A DNA stretch of 64,000 nucleotides from Candidatus Omnitrophota bacterium (GTDB taxonomy: Bacteria > Omnitrophota > Gorgyraeia > Gygaellales > Gygaellaceae). Under the pieces are notes generated by a model. The model was given only the letters and a program-made list of their open reading frames with translations, did no database searches and was not told the DNA's origin. The translations under genes were made by a program, and so were the position numbers. The DNA is taken from assembly GCA_018400015.1 (NCBI GenBank), contig JAGYNB010000003.1, positions 5,022 to 69,021 on the forward strand, given 5' to 3'. Within the stretch, counting starts at the first letter, position 1. Each line of letters starts with the position of its first letter. This document shows, one piece after another, positions 54,736 through 63,144 of this stretch.

Positions 54736-55926
54736 ATGAAAAACTTTGAATCTGAAGAAAATACCCAGGAATTCCAACAGCTGGAAAGCAAACTTATAAG
54801 AGCCCAGACAGAACTAAACCTCTTATATGAAATCTCCAACGCCATGCGTACAACGCTTAAGCTGGAACAAATATTATATATAATTCTAACTGCTACAACT
54901 GCCCATGCCGGGTTAGGTTTTAACCGGGCCATGCTTTTCTTGGTTAACGAAAAAGAAGGCCTCATTGAAGGCAAAATGGGCATAGGCCCTGACACCGGAG
55001 AACAAGCAAATGATATATGGAAAAACATAGACACCAAAAGAATGGACCTTTATGATTTAATTAATGTATTTAACGAACAGCACTCGATATTTTATTCAAA
55101 ATTCAACAATCTGGTAAAAAACCTCAGGCTGCCGATCAAAGAAGAAAGCGGTCTTCTGGCAATAACCCTACTTGAGGGGATGCCCCTTCATATCAATAAA
55201 GAAAAAACAAAAACTATAGAAGATAATCTTCTCTTAAATGTATTAAAACTTGAAGAATTCGTGATTGTTCCATTAAAAGCCCACGATAAAGTAATCGGCC
55301 TTATATTGGCGGATAATGTATACAATAAAAAACCGATCACGAATGACGACTTAAGGATACTGAGTATGTTTGCCAATCAGGCAGGCCTGGCAATTGAAAA
55401 CTCACGTCTTTATGAAAAAACCCTTATCCAAAGCCATAAAGACTCCCTTACTAATCTCTGGAACCATGCCTATTTCCAGTTTTTACTAAAAAATGAGCTT
55501 AAAAACGCACAGGTAGATAAAAATAATCTTTCAATTATCATGCTCGATATTGATAATTTTAAAGAGCATAATGATAAACACGGTCATCAAAGCGGTGATC
55601 AGATTCTTTATAATGTCGCAAAAATAATCAAAGATTCTGCACGCAGAAAAGATCATGCCTGCAGATACGGCGGCGAGGAATTCGCAGTAATTCTACCAAA
55701 CACAAAACTAAATGAAGCAAATAATATTGCTGAAAGAATACGTAAGAATATTGCCAGCAATTTATTCGATAACCAGATTACCGGTGAAATTGATAAAATT
55801 ACTGTTAGTCTGGGGGTTGCAACCTATCCTGAAGATGCGGATTCGCCATCAAAACTGATCTCAATCTGCGATAAAAAGATGTATAAAGCCAAAACTGCTG
55901 GAAAAAATAAAGTCGTCTTCAACTAA
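54736..55926 (+). CDS. GAF domain-containing diguanylate cyclase (GGDEF) with an intact I-site
   Basis: GAF-like N-terminal region, then a GGDEF domain with the active-site motif RYGGEEF and RRKD five residues upstream (an RxxD I-site). I place the start at the ATG at 54736. The ORF track's upstream ATG at 54670 would add 22 residues with no homology. Confidence 0.75.
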   Translation: MKNFESEENTQEFQQLESKLIRAQTELNLLYEISNAMRTTLKLEQILYIILTATTAHAGLGFNRAMLFLVNEKEGLIEGKMGIGPDTGEQANDIWKNIDTKRMDLYDLINVFNEQHSIFYSKFNNLVKNLRLPIKEESGLLAITLLEGMPLHINKEKTKTIEDNLLLNVLKLEEFVIVPLKAHDKVIGLILADNVYNKKPITNDDLRILSMFANQAGLAIENSRLYEKTLIQSHKDSLTNLWNHAYFQFLLKNELKNAQVDKNNLSIIMLDIDNFKEHNDKHGHQSGDQILYNVAKIIKDSARRKDHACRYGGEEFAVILPNTKLNEANNIAERIRKNIASNLFDNQITGEIDKITVSLGVATYPEDADSPSKLISICDKKMYKAKTAGKNKVVFN

Positions 55927-55929
55927 AAC

Positions 55930-58900
55930 CTATACTGCTGCAACCACTCCGGAAGACACTTCGCTATCGTGTTCGGAAAGTTTAACAGATACTATTTTAG
56001 ATATCCCAGAATTCTGCATGGTAATCCCATACATTACATTGGCATTAACTATAGTCTTTTTATTGTGTGTTATGATTATAAATTGTGAACCATTGGAAAA
56101 ATCCTTCACCATCTGACCATAACGGCCTACATTCGACTCATCCAAGGCAGCATCAATCTCATCAAGAATACAAAATGGCGACGGCTTAACCTTAAATAAA
56201 CTAAACAATAACGCAATCGCCGACATAGATTTCTCCCCACCGGATAAAAGCAATACGTTTTGAAGTTTTTTACCCGGAGGCCGACAAACTATCTCAATAC
56301 CGCTTTCCAAAACATTTTCCGGGTCACTCAAATAAAGATCCGCTGTCCCTCCGCCAAACAACAACTTAAAATGTTTTTTAAACTCTTCACGGATTTTTTC
56401 AAAAGTCTCCACAAACATTTTTCTTGTGGTTCTATTGATCTTAGTTATCGCGTCTTTTAAACTTTCTTTTGACTGAGTAAGATCCTGTTGTTGTTGAATT
56501 AAAAAATCATACCTTTTCTTTAATTCATCATATTCATCAATCGCAACCAAATTCACATTACCGTAATTAGCCAGCCGATTTTTGATCGGTTCGATTTCCC
56601 CCAGAAGAACTGATTGATCGGGAAGTTCCCTGTTTATATCGATTTCATCAATATTAATCTGATATGCTTGCTGTATCGTATGCCTTAACGAGTCTTTTTC
56701 ATAATTTAGTTTTTGTTCTTCCAGTCTAAACCCATGAAGACTATTGCGTAACTCTTCAATTTCGTTTTGAAAAACAGCAATCTCCTCAAAACATTTTTTT
56801 ACACCCTGATCAACTTCTTCCTGAGCTTTACGATAATCATTTAAACTTACATTCAACGATTCTTTATCTTTATCAGCATTATTGATAGTTTCATCTATTT
56901 TTAGATTAGAGCTATTAATAATGTTTATTCTTTCTTTTAAAGAATCTTCTTCTTCATTTAAATTAGCTAAGGCCTGCTCGTTCTGAGCGAGAGATCTCTC
57001 CACGATAACAATACTTTCTTTTAAAGACTCGACTCTTTTATCAACGCCTTGAAGCTCGGTCTTACATTCGGCTATCAAAACCTCATTTTCCTGCAATATC
57101 TTAGTGTTGTCCTCGATCTGACGCTGTGATGACTCTATAATATGGTTATTATCATCAATCTGCATCTGAATGGACGATAGTTCCTCTTTAAGGCTGTTTA
57201 ATTTCTGGCTTAACTCTTCATTTAATTTATTGGTGTCATCAAGCTCGATACTGACAAGCTCTTCTTCCTGAACTAATTTCTCTAAATTCGATTTTACTTC
57301 GCTTCTTAAGGTGCTCTTCTTATTAAGCTCTATCTCATGGTTGTGCATAAGATCTGTTTTTTCCTGCATTTGCATATTCAATGCACTAAGCTCTTCTTCA
57401 AGAACAGATATTTCAGAGGCCGTACGGGCTATTTCTTCCTCAGTAAAAACAATTTTCGCATCGATATCTTTAGTATCCATTGGTATTGGTTTAGCCTGAG
57501 CGGTAGCTTTAAATTTAAACCCGTTCAATGAATCTGGATTCTCGCTAATATTTTCGATCTTCGCAAGAATTCCGTTAATATTCTCTGCAGGCTTATCTTC
57601 CAACAGAACAACCGCTTTAAATGCCTGGGGAATCTCATCATATTTAAGCCTGAGTTCATTTAAAAAATCTCTTTGCGTCCTCAAACCAGAAAGATGTTTT
57701 TCTAGATTCTGAAGTTTTTCTTTTATCGTATTTAATTTACTTGATTTTTCGCTAATTTTATTTTTTGTTTCATTGATCTCGTTAGAAGTTAGATCGAATT
57801 TCTCTTTTATAGAATTAAAATCCCTATCCAGATCATCAAACTGAGCCTGAATAAGCTTTCTTTCTTCTTCACTCTTGAATTTTTCGACTTCAAGTCTTTT
57901 CTTTCTCGCTAAGGCTGTCTGAATCTGGCTGGTCAAATCGTTAAGGGAATTATTTATATTAGCGTTTGAAACTGCCAGTTCCATAACTCTTGATTTTGAC
58001 TGACTTATCTTAGTTCTCGCAGAATGTATTATTTTTTCAATATTAATCTGTTCTTCTTCTTTTGTCTTTACTGTGCTGTGCTTTTCTTCTACAAATGTAT
58101 TTATCTGCCCAAGATCATATTTCAGAGAGCTTAACTTTTCCTCCTCGGGAATTCTACTTTCTTTTAACTGTTGCTTCTGGACAGCTATTACATTTATTCT
58201 TTTCTCGATTTCAAGCTTTCTTTCATCATTCATCGCAATCTGCTGACGATTAACGGTAATTGAACCTTCCAGTTCTTGCAATTTATTTCTTACATCATTT
58301 ATCGAATCTTCGACAGAGGCCAATTCCTGCTGCTTTTGAGAAAGGTTATTTTTTAATAAGTTCTCCTGCGAATCTACATTGTCGATCTTCTCCTGAATTT
58401 GGCTAATCTTCGCTTCCAGATCGTTATTTTCTTTTTGAAAACTGTTCAATTTAATTGCAGCAAAATCTATTTCTTTTGTTTTCAACTCATTAAACATTTC
58501 CTGATAGCGTCTGGCCTTGTTTGCCTGGCGCTCAAGTGAGCCGATTTGACGCTTTACCTCTATGATAATATCATTAAGTCGCAAAAGATTATCTTCGGTG
58601 TCTTTAAGTTTTCTGATTGCTTCTTTTTTCTGGGACTTATAACGGGTTATACCAGAGGCTTCATCGAAAACCAAACGCCTGTCTTCAGGCTTACTGCTTA
58701 GGATTAAATCTATTTTGCCCTGCTCAACCAAAGAATAAGCCTCAGCTCCGATTCCTGTTCCAGCCAAAAGAGACTGTATATCTTTAAGCCTAACCTGGGT
58801 CTTATTAATAAAATATTCACTTTCTCCTGAACGGTAAATGCGCCTTGTAACTTCCACCTCTTCGTATTCTATAGGCAGTATTTTTGTTTCATTAGAGAGC

Positions 58901-59148
58901 GTAAAGGAGACTTCGGCATAATTTAACGCCTCGCGCTTATCAGTACCGTTGAAGATAACATCGCTCATCTCAGTACCTCTTAAGGCCTTGACTGATTGTT
59001 CACCCAAAACCCAGCGTATAGAGTCAAAGATATTACTCTTACCGCAACCATTGGGTCCAACAATTGCAGTTATGCCTGGCTCAAAATTTAAAACTGTTCT
59101 ATCTGCAAAAGACTTAAACCCAATTATTTCAAGCCGTTTAAAATGCAT
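55930..59148 (-). CDS. smc: chromosome partition protein SMC
   Basis: 1072 aa. The N-terminal Walker A is GPNGCGKSN. Long coiled coils follow, then the signature motif LSGGEKS and the C-terminal Walker B ILDEID. Confidence 0.9.
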   Translation of the reverse strand: MHFKRLEIIGFKSFADRTVLNFEPGITAIVGPNGCGKSNIFDSIRWVLGEQSVKALRGTEMSDVIFNGTDKREALNYAEVSFTLSNETKILPIEYEEVEVTRRIYRSGESEYFINKTQVRLKDIQSLLAGTGIGAEAYSLVEQGKIDLILSSKPEDRRLVFDEASGITRYKSQKKEAIRKLKDTEDNLLRLNDIIIEVKRQIGSLERQANKARRYQEMFNELKTKEIDFAAIKLNSFQKENNDLEAKISQIQEKIDNVDSQENLLKNNLSQKQQELASVEDSINDVRNKLQELEGSITVNRQQIAMNDERKLEIEKRINVIAVQKQQLKESRIPEEEKLSSLKYDLGQINTFVEEKHSTVKTKEEEQINIEKIIHSARTKISQSKSRVMELAVSNANINNSLNDLTSQIQTALARKKRLEVEKFKSEEERKLIQAQFDDLDRDFNSIKEKFDLTSNEINETKNKISEKSSKLNTIKEKLQNLEKHLSGLRTQRDFLNELRLKYDEIPQAFKAVVLLEDKPAENINGILAKIENISENPDSLNGFKFKATAQAKPIPMDTKDIDAKIVFTEEEIARTASEISVLEEELSALNMQMQEKTDLMHNHEIELNKKSTLRSEVKSNLEKLVQEEELVSIELDDTNKLNEELSQKLNSLKEELSSIQMQIDDNNHIIESSQRQIEDNTKILQENEVLIAECKTELQGVDKRVESLKESIVIVERSLAQNEQALANLNEEEDSLKERINIINSSNLKIDETINNADKDKESLNVSLNDYRKAQEEVDQGVKKCFEEIAVFQNEIEELRNSLHGFRLEEQKLNYEKDSLRHTIQQAYQINIDEIDINRELPDQSVLLGEIEPIKNRLANYGNVNLVAIDEYDELKKRYDFLIQQQQDLTQSKESLKDAITKINRTTRKMFVETFEKIREEFKKHFKLLFGGGTADLYLSDPENVLESGIEIVCRPPGKKLQNVLLLSGGEKSMSAIALLFSLFKVKPSPFCILDEIDAALDESNVGRYGQMVKDFSNGSQFIIITHNKKTIVNANVMYGITMQNSGISKIVSVKLSEHDSEVSSGVVAAV

Positions 59149-59174
59149 AGGAATTCTCCTTTCGATAAATCATA

Positions 59175-59367
59175 TCAACATAATTTAAAAGCTTCTTTTC
59201 TATCAATCCATTCATCTATTTTATCTTTTCTGAAACGCCATTGTCCGACAATCTTTAAAGCAGGAATTTTCTTCTTATAAAGCCAGTCGTATATAGTCCT
59301 TGGTTTTACGCGAAGATATTCTGCCAACTCATCAATTGTAAGTAGATTTTCTGTTTCCTGTTGCATG
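59175..59367 (-). CDS. small helix-turn-helix DNA-binding protein (excisionase/MerR-like HTH_17 family), probably translated from a leaderless mRNA
   Basis: Short form of 63 aa: MQQETENLLTIDELAEYLRVKPRTIYDWLYKKKIPALKIVGQWRFRKDKIDEWI. The -10 box ends 7 nt before the ATG. The ORF track's longer form to 59465 would read through that promoter and a terminator-like hairpin. Confidence 0.6.
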
Positions 59368-59373
59368 AATTTA

Positions 59374-59402
59374 TTATAAATGTACAAACTTACTTTGTCA
59401 AT
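59374..59402 (-). promoter_or_regulatory. perfect-consensus sigma70 promoter for the leaderless HTH gene (and possibly smc)
   Basis: On the minus strand, TTGACA at 59402-59397 and TATAAT at 59379-59374, with a 17-nt spacer. The ATG lies at 59367. Confidence 0.6.
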
Positions 59403-59445
59403 AGTTTTTTTACATTTTCTTACATAGTATACCCAAAACAAGCAA

Positions 59446-59473
59446 AAAATGACCTTTAATGGCATTTTATACC
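59446..59473 (-). terminator. weak putative intrinsic terminator after etfA
   Basis: On the minus strand a stem AUGCC pairs with GG(U)CAU, followed by UUUUUU. The stem is short and bulged. Confidence 0.25.
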
Positions 59474-59498
59474 ATAAAAATATACGTTTTGATTGGAT

Positions 59499-60704
59499 TT
59501 ATCGGTTTAAGACCTGTTTAAACTCTTTGGTAAGTGCGGGAACTACCTGGAACAAATCACCAACTATGCCATAGGTAGCCAACTTAAAAATAGGCGCTTC
59601 CGGATCTTTATTGATTGCGATAATGATCTTTGATGACTGCATACCTACTAAATGCTGGATCTGGCCTGATATACCGCAGGCAATGTATATTTTTGACGCC
59701 ACGGTCCTTCCGGTTTGGCCCACCTGATGGGAATAAGGAATCCATCCGGAGTCTACTGCTGCTCGGGATGCTCCTACAGCAGCACCCAAAACATGCGCTA
59801 AATCTTCTATGATCTTAAAATTCTCCGCTGCCTGCATACCTCGGCCGCCGGAAACTATAATATCTGCTTCAGCTAAATTAACGGTTGATTCTATCTCATC
59901 AATTATATCCAACAATTTTGTTCTTGATTTATAGATACTGGAATCAAAACTTTCTTTTATGATTTTACCTTTTCTTTTCTTATCCGGCTCCATAGGAACC
60001 ATAACTTTATGCCTTACTGTTGCCATCTGCGGCCGATAATTAGGTGAGATAATCGTAGCCATGATATTCCCGCCAAACGCAGGACGCGTCTGAAGAAGGA
60101 TCTTTTTCTCCATATCAATATCTAAACCAGTGCAATCTGCAGTTAAACCTGCTTTAATCTTTATTGCCACGCGGCTTATTAAAGACCTTCCGATCGAAGT
60201 TGCGCCGCAAAGGACAATTTCCGGCTTATATTTATTAATCAAATCAACAAGTATATTTGTATATGGTTCATCCTGAAATTCGGCGATTTCTGGAGCTTCC
60301 ACCAGATATATATTATCCGCTCCTCTTGCAATCAATTCATCCAACTGATCGTCTAAATTATTACCGATTAAAACCGCACTTACGTCGGATTTAAGTTTTT
60401 TGCTCAGTTCTTGGGCCTTGCCTAAGAGCTCATAACTAACAGACTGTACTTTTCCTTTTTTCTGCTCGATAAAAACCCAAATACCTTTATAATCTTTTAT
60501 GTCGGGAAGTTCACAAACAGGCGCTTTCTTGTCAATTTCGATTGCCTGGAATTTACACGCCTCAACACAAGCCCCGCAAAGAGTGCATTTATGTAAATCA
60601 ATAACTGCCTTTTTATCCTTTATCACAATTGCACCAAACGGACACGCTTTAACACAAAGCGTACAACCTGTGCATTTTTCTATTATTACCTTTATCGACA
60701 TCAA
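59499..60704 (-). CDS. etfA: electron transfer flavoprotein alpha subunit with an N-terminal 2x[4Fe-4S] ferredoxin domain
   Basis: 401 aa. The N-terminus has CTGCTLCVKACP and CTLCGACVEACK (two CxxCxxCxxxCP-type motifs), followed by an EtfA FAD-binding domain. Confidence 0.8.
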   Translation of the reverse strand: MMSIKVIIEKCTGCTLCVKACPFGAIVIKDKKAVIDLHKCTLCGACVEACKFQAIEIDKKAPVCELPDIKDYKGIWVFIEQKKGKVQSVSYELLGKAQELSKKLKSDVSAVLIGNNLDDQLDELIARGADNIYLVEAPEIAEFQDEPYTNILVDLINKYKPEIVLCGATSIGRSLISRVAIKIKAGLTADCTGLDIDMEKKILLQTRPAFGGNIMATIISPNYRPQMATVRHKVMVPMEPDKKRKGKIIKESFDSSIYKSRTKLLDIIDEIESTVNLAEADIIVSGGRGMQAAENFKIIEDLAHVLGAAVGASRAAVDSGWIPYSHQVGQTGRTVASKIYIACGISGQIQHLVGMQSSKIIIAINKDPEAPIFKLATYGIVGDLFQVVPALTKEFKQVLNR

Positions 60705-61483
60705 GTTACCTCATTTTTGATAAGTTCAACTAATTTCTTGCTGACTTCTGGGACTTCACCTTGTAAAATCTCACCACCCTTACGCTGAGCAGGAGTAAAT
60801 ATCTTTACAACCTGTGTTGGAGAGCCGCATAAACCAATTGACTGCTCATCCAAATTTAGCTCTTTCTGTGTTAAAATTTTTATTGATGCGGATTTTGATT
60901 TCATCATACCTCTTAAAGATGGAAGGCGTGGTTCGTTAATTTCTTTTACAACGGTCAATAAACAAGGTGTTGGCGTCTCGATTATCTCAAACCCTTCTTC
61001 CATCATCCGTTCAACTTTCATTATATTGTCTTTAACTTCTTCTATTTTCTTAACATAAGTTACCTGAGGAATATCTAAATGCGTAGCAATGCCGGGTCCG
61101 ACTTGTGCGGTATCACCATCACTTGCCTGCTTACCGCAGAGAATAACATCAAACTCACCCAATTTTTTTATTCCGCCAGAAAGGGTATAACTTGTAGCCC
61201 AGGTATCGCTTCCGGCAAAAGCCCTGTCACATAATAACACAGCCTCATCAGCCCCTAAAGAAATCGCTTCTCGTAAAGCTATATCTGCTTGAGGCGGGCC
61301 CATGGTAATAACCGTAACTTTACCGCCGTGTTTTTCTTTTAAGCGGATTGCTTCTTCGATTGCATACATATCAAAAGGGTTGATTATTGATTTTACACCC
61401 TCTCGAATAAGCGTATTGGTTTCAGGATTAATCCTGACTTCTGTTGTTTCCGGAACTTGTTTTATGCAAACTATAATATTCAT
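60701..61483 (-). CDS. etfB: electron transfer flavoprotein beta subunit
   Basis: 260 aa starting MNIIVCIKQVPETTEVRINPETNTLIREGV. Confidence 0.85.
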   Translation of the reverse strand: MNIIVCIKQVPETTEVRINPETNTLIREGVKSIINPFDMYAIEEAIRLKEKHGGKVTVITMGPPQADIALREAISLGADEAVLLCDRAFAGSDTWATSYTLSGGIKKLGEFDVILCGKQASDGDTAQVGPGIATHLDIPQVTYVKKIEEVKDNIMKVERMMEEGFEIIETPTPCLLTVVKEINEPRLPSLRGMMKSKSASIKILTQKELNLDEQSIGLCGSPTQVVKIFTPAQRKGGEILQGEVPEVSKKLVELIKNEVT

Positions 61484-61484
61484 A

Positions 61485-62639
61485 TTACGACTTTAAAGTT
61501 TCTTTTATGGTTTCTAAAGCGATGATATTTCTTTGAATCTGATTTGTACCTTCGTAAATCTGGGTTATTTTGGCATCTCTAACATATTTTTCGATTGGAT
61601 AATCCCGCATATAACCATAACCGCCGTAGATCTGCAAAGCATCAATTGAAACCTTCATCGCTACGTCAGACGCATACATCTTTGCCATAGCCGAAGGCTT
61701 GGATACGCCTTTGCATCCGGCATCTACCATGCGGGCAGTTGAATAAATCAACCCTCTTGCTGCCTCAACTTCAGTTGCCATATCGGCAATCATCCATTGA
61801 ATGCCCTGAAAGCTGGATATGGATTTATTGAATTGATGGCGCTCTTTTGCATACCTTACGCATAAATCCAGCGCACCTTGGGCAATACCCAAAGCCTGAG
61901 CGGCAACTCCGGGCCTAGACATATCAAAAGTTTTCATTGTAACGATAAAACCCGTGCCTTCTTTATAAAGAAGATTCTCTTTTGGGATCTTACAATCTGT
62001 AAAAATCAACTCTCTTGTACTTGAAGCTCTGATCCCGAATTTTTCTTCCTTTTTACCAAAGGTAAATCCGGGCGTACCTTTTTCTACGATAAAAGCAGAT
62101 GCACCTCTTGCACCTTTTTTCTTATCGGTCATAGCGATCACAACATAAGTTTCGGCATCACCACCATTGGTAATAAAATGCTTCAGACCGTTTAAAACAT
62201 AATAATCGCCTTCTTTTCTTGCTGTGGTCTTGATTGCCGAGGCGTCTGAACCGGCTTCGGGTTCGGTCACGGCAAAAGCTGCTACTTTTTTACCAGATGC
62301 CAAGTCAGGCAAATATTTCTTTTTCTGTTCGTCGTTTCCAAATAAAACAATGGGGAATGTCCCTAAAGCCGAAGCTGCGTAGCAAACAGCAATACCACCG
62401 CAGGCCTTGGAAAGTTCTTCTGTTGCAATGCAAAGACCTAAGACGTTTACACCCATACCGCCATATTCTTCCGGAATAAATAAACCAAACAATCCTGCGT
62501 CTGCGATAACCTTAATCACATCCCAAGGGTATTCTTCGCTTTGATCATGCTTTGCGGCAACAGGCCTGATTTTTTCATCGGCGATCTTTCTAGCTAATTC
62601 CTTAACCATTTTCTGTTCATCGGTCAACAAATAATCCAT
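61485..62639 (-). CDS. acyl-CoA dehydrogenase (short-chain / butyryl-CoA dehydrogenase-like)
   Basis: 384 aa ACAD fold. The catalytic Glu lies in the C-terminal block YEGTNQIQRNII. Confidence 0.85.
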   Translation of the reverse strand: MDYLLTDEQKMVKELARKIADEKIRPVAAKHDQSEEYPWDVIKVIADAGLFGLFIPEEYGGMGVNVLGLCIATEELSKACGGIAVCYAASALGTFPIVLFGNDEQKKKYLPDLASGKKVAAFAVTEPEAGSDASAIKTTARKEGDYYVLNGLKHFITNGGDAETYVVIAMTDKKKGARGASAFIVEKGTPGFTFGKKEEKFGIRASSTRELIFTDCKIPKENLLYKEGTGFIVTMKTFDMSRPGVAAQALGIAQGALDLCVRYAKERHQFNKSISSFQGIQWMIADMATEVEAARGLIYSTARMVDAGCKGVSKPSAMAKMYASDVAMKVSIDALQIYGGYGYMRDYPIEKYVRDAKITQIYEGTNQIQRNIIALETIKETLKS

Positions 62640-62687
62640 AACTTGCTCCTTTATTGTTTTGAAGAAAGTATTTTACAATATTTAAGA

Positions 62688-63143
62688 CTATCTTGCAATA
62701 TTTTTTATTAAAGCGACTTCGTTGCAGTCGGGAAACTTAGGACAGCGGATGCATTCTGCCCAGATCTTATGCGGAAGTTTTTCTTTTGGAATACGCCTAA
62801 AACCAAACTTCTTAAAGAACTCCGGAACATAAGTTAAAACAAAAACCTGTTTTATCCCTAGCTGCTTAGCTTCCTTTAAACACTGTTTTATAAGCTTTGT
62901 TCCTATGTCTTTCTTCTGGTGTTTTTGGCTAACAGCAACTGATTTTATTTCTGCCAAGCCATCCCAAAGCATATGCAAAGCAGCACAACCATAAAGCTTA
63001 CCTTTTTGTTTCCACACCCAAAAATCCCTTAAATTCTCATAAAGCTCATTTAAGGACCTATGGAGCATTAAATCTTGTGTTGCAAAATACTTTATCAATT
63101 CCTGAACCTGCTTAACTTCGTTTAATCTTGCTTTTTTTATCAT
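62688..63143 (-). CDS. GNAT family N-acetyltransferase
   Basis: 151 aa with an acetyl-CoA binding motif (VAVSQKHQKKDIGTKLI). Confidence 0.6.
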   Translation of the reverse strand: MIKKARLNEVKQVQELIKYFATQDLMLHRSLNELYENLRDFWVWKQKGKLYGCAALHMLWDGLAEIKSVAVSQKHQKKDIGTKLIKQCLKEAKQLGIKQVFVLTYVPEFFKKFGFRRIPKEKLPHKIWAECIRCPKFPDCNEVALIKNIAR

Positions 63144-63144
63144 T

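Noticed and set aside
59175-59465. Long 96-aa form of the HTH ORF (MPLKVIFCLFWVYYV...)
   Set aside because: The extra 33 N-terminal residues read through a perfect sigma70 promoter and a terminator-like hairpin and look like a translated AT-rich spacer. The short leaderless form (an adjacent in-frame ATG at 59367/59364) is preferred.
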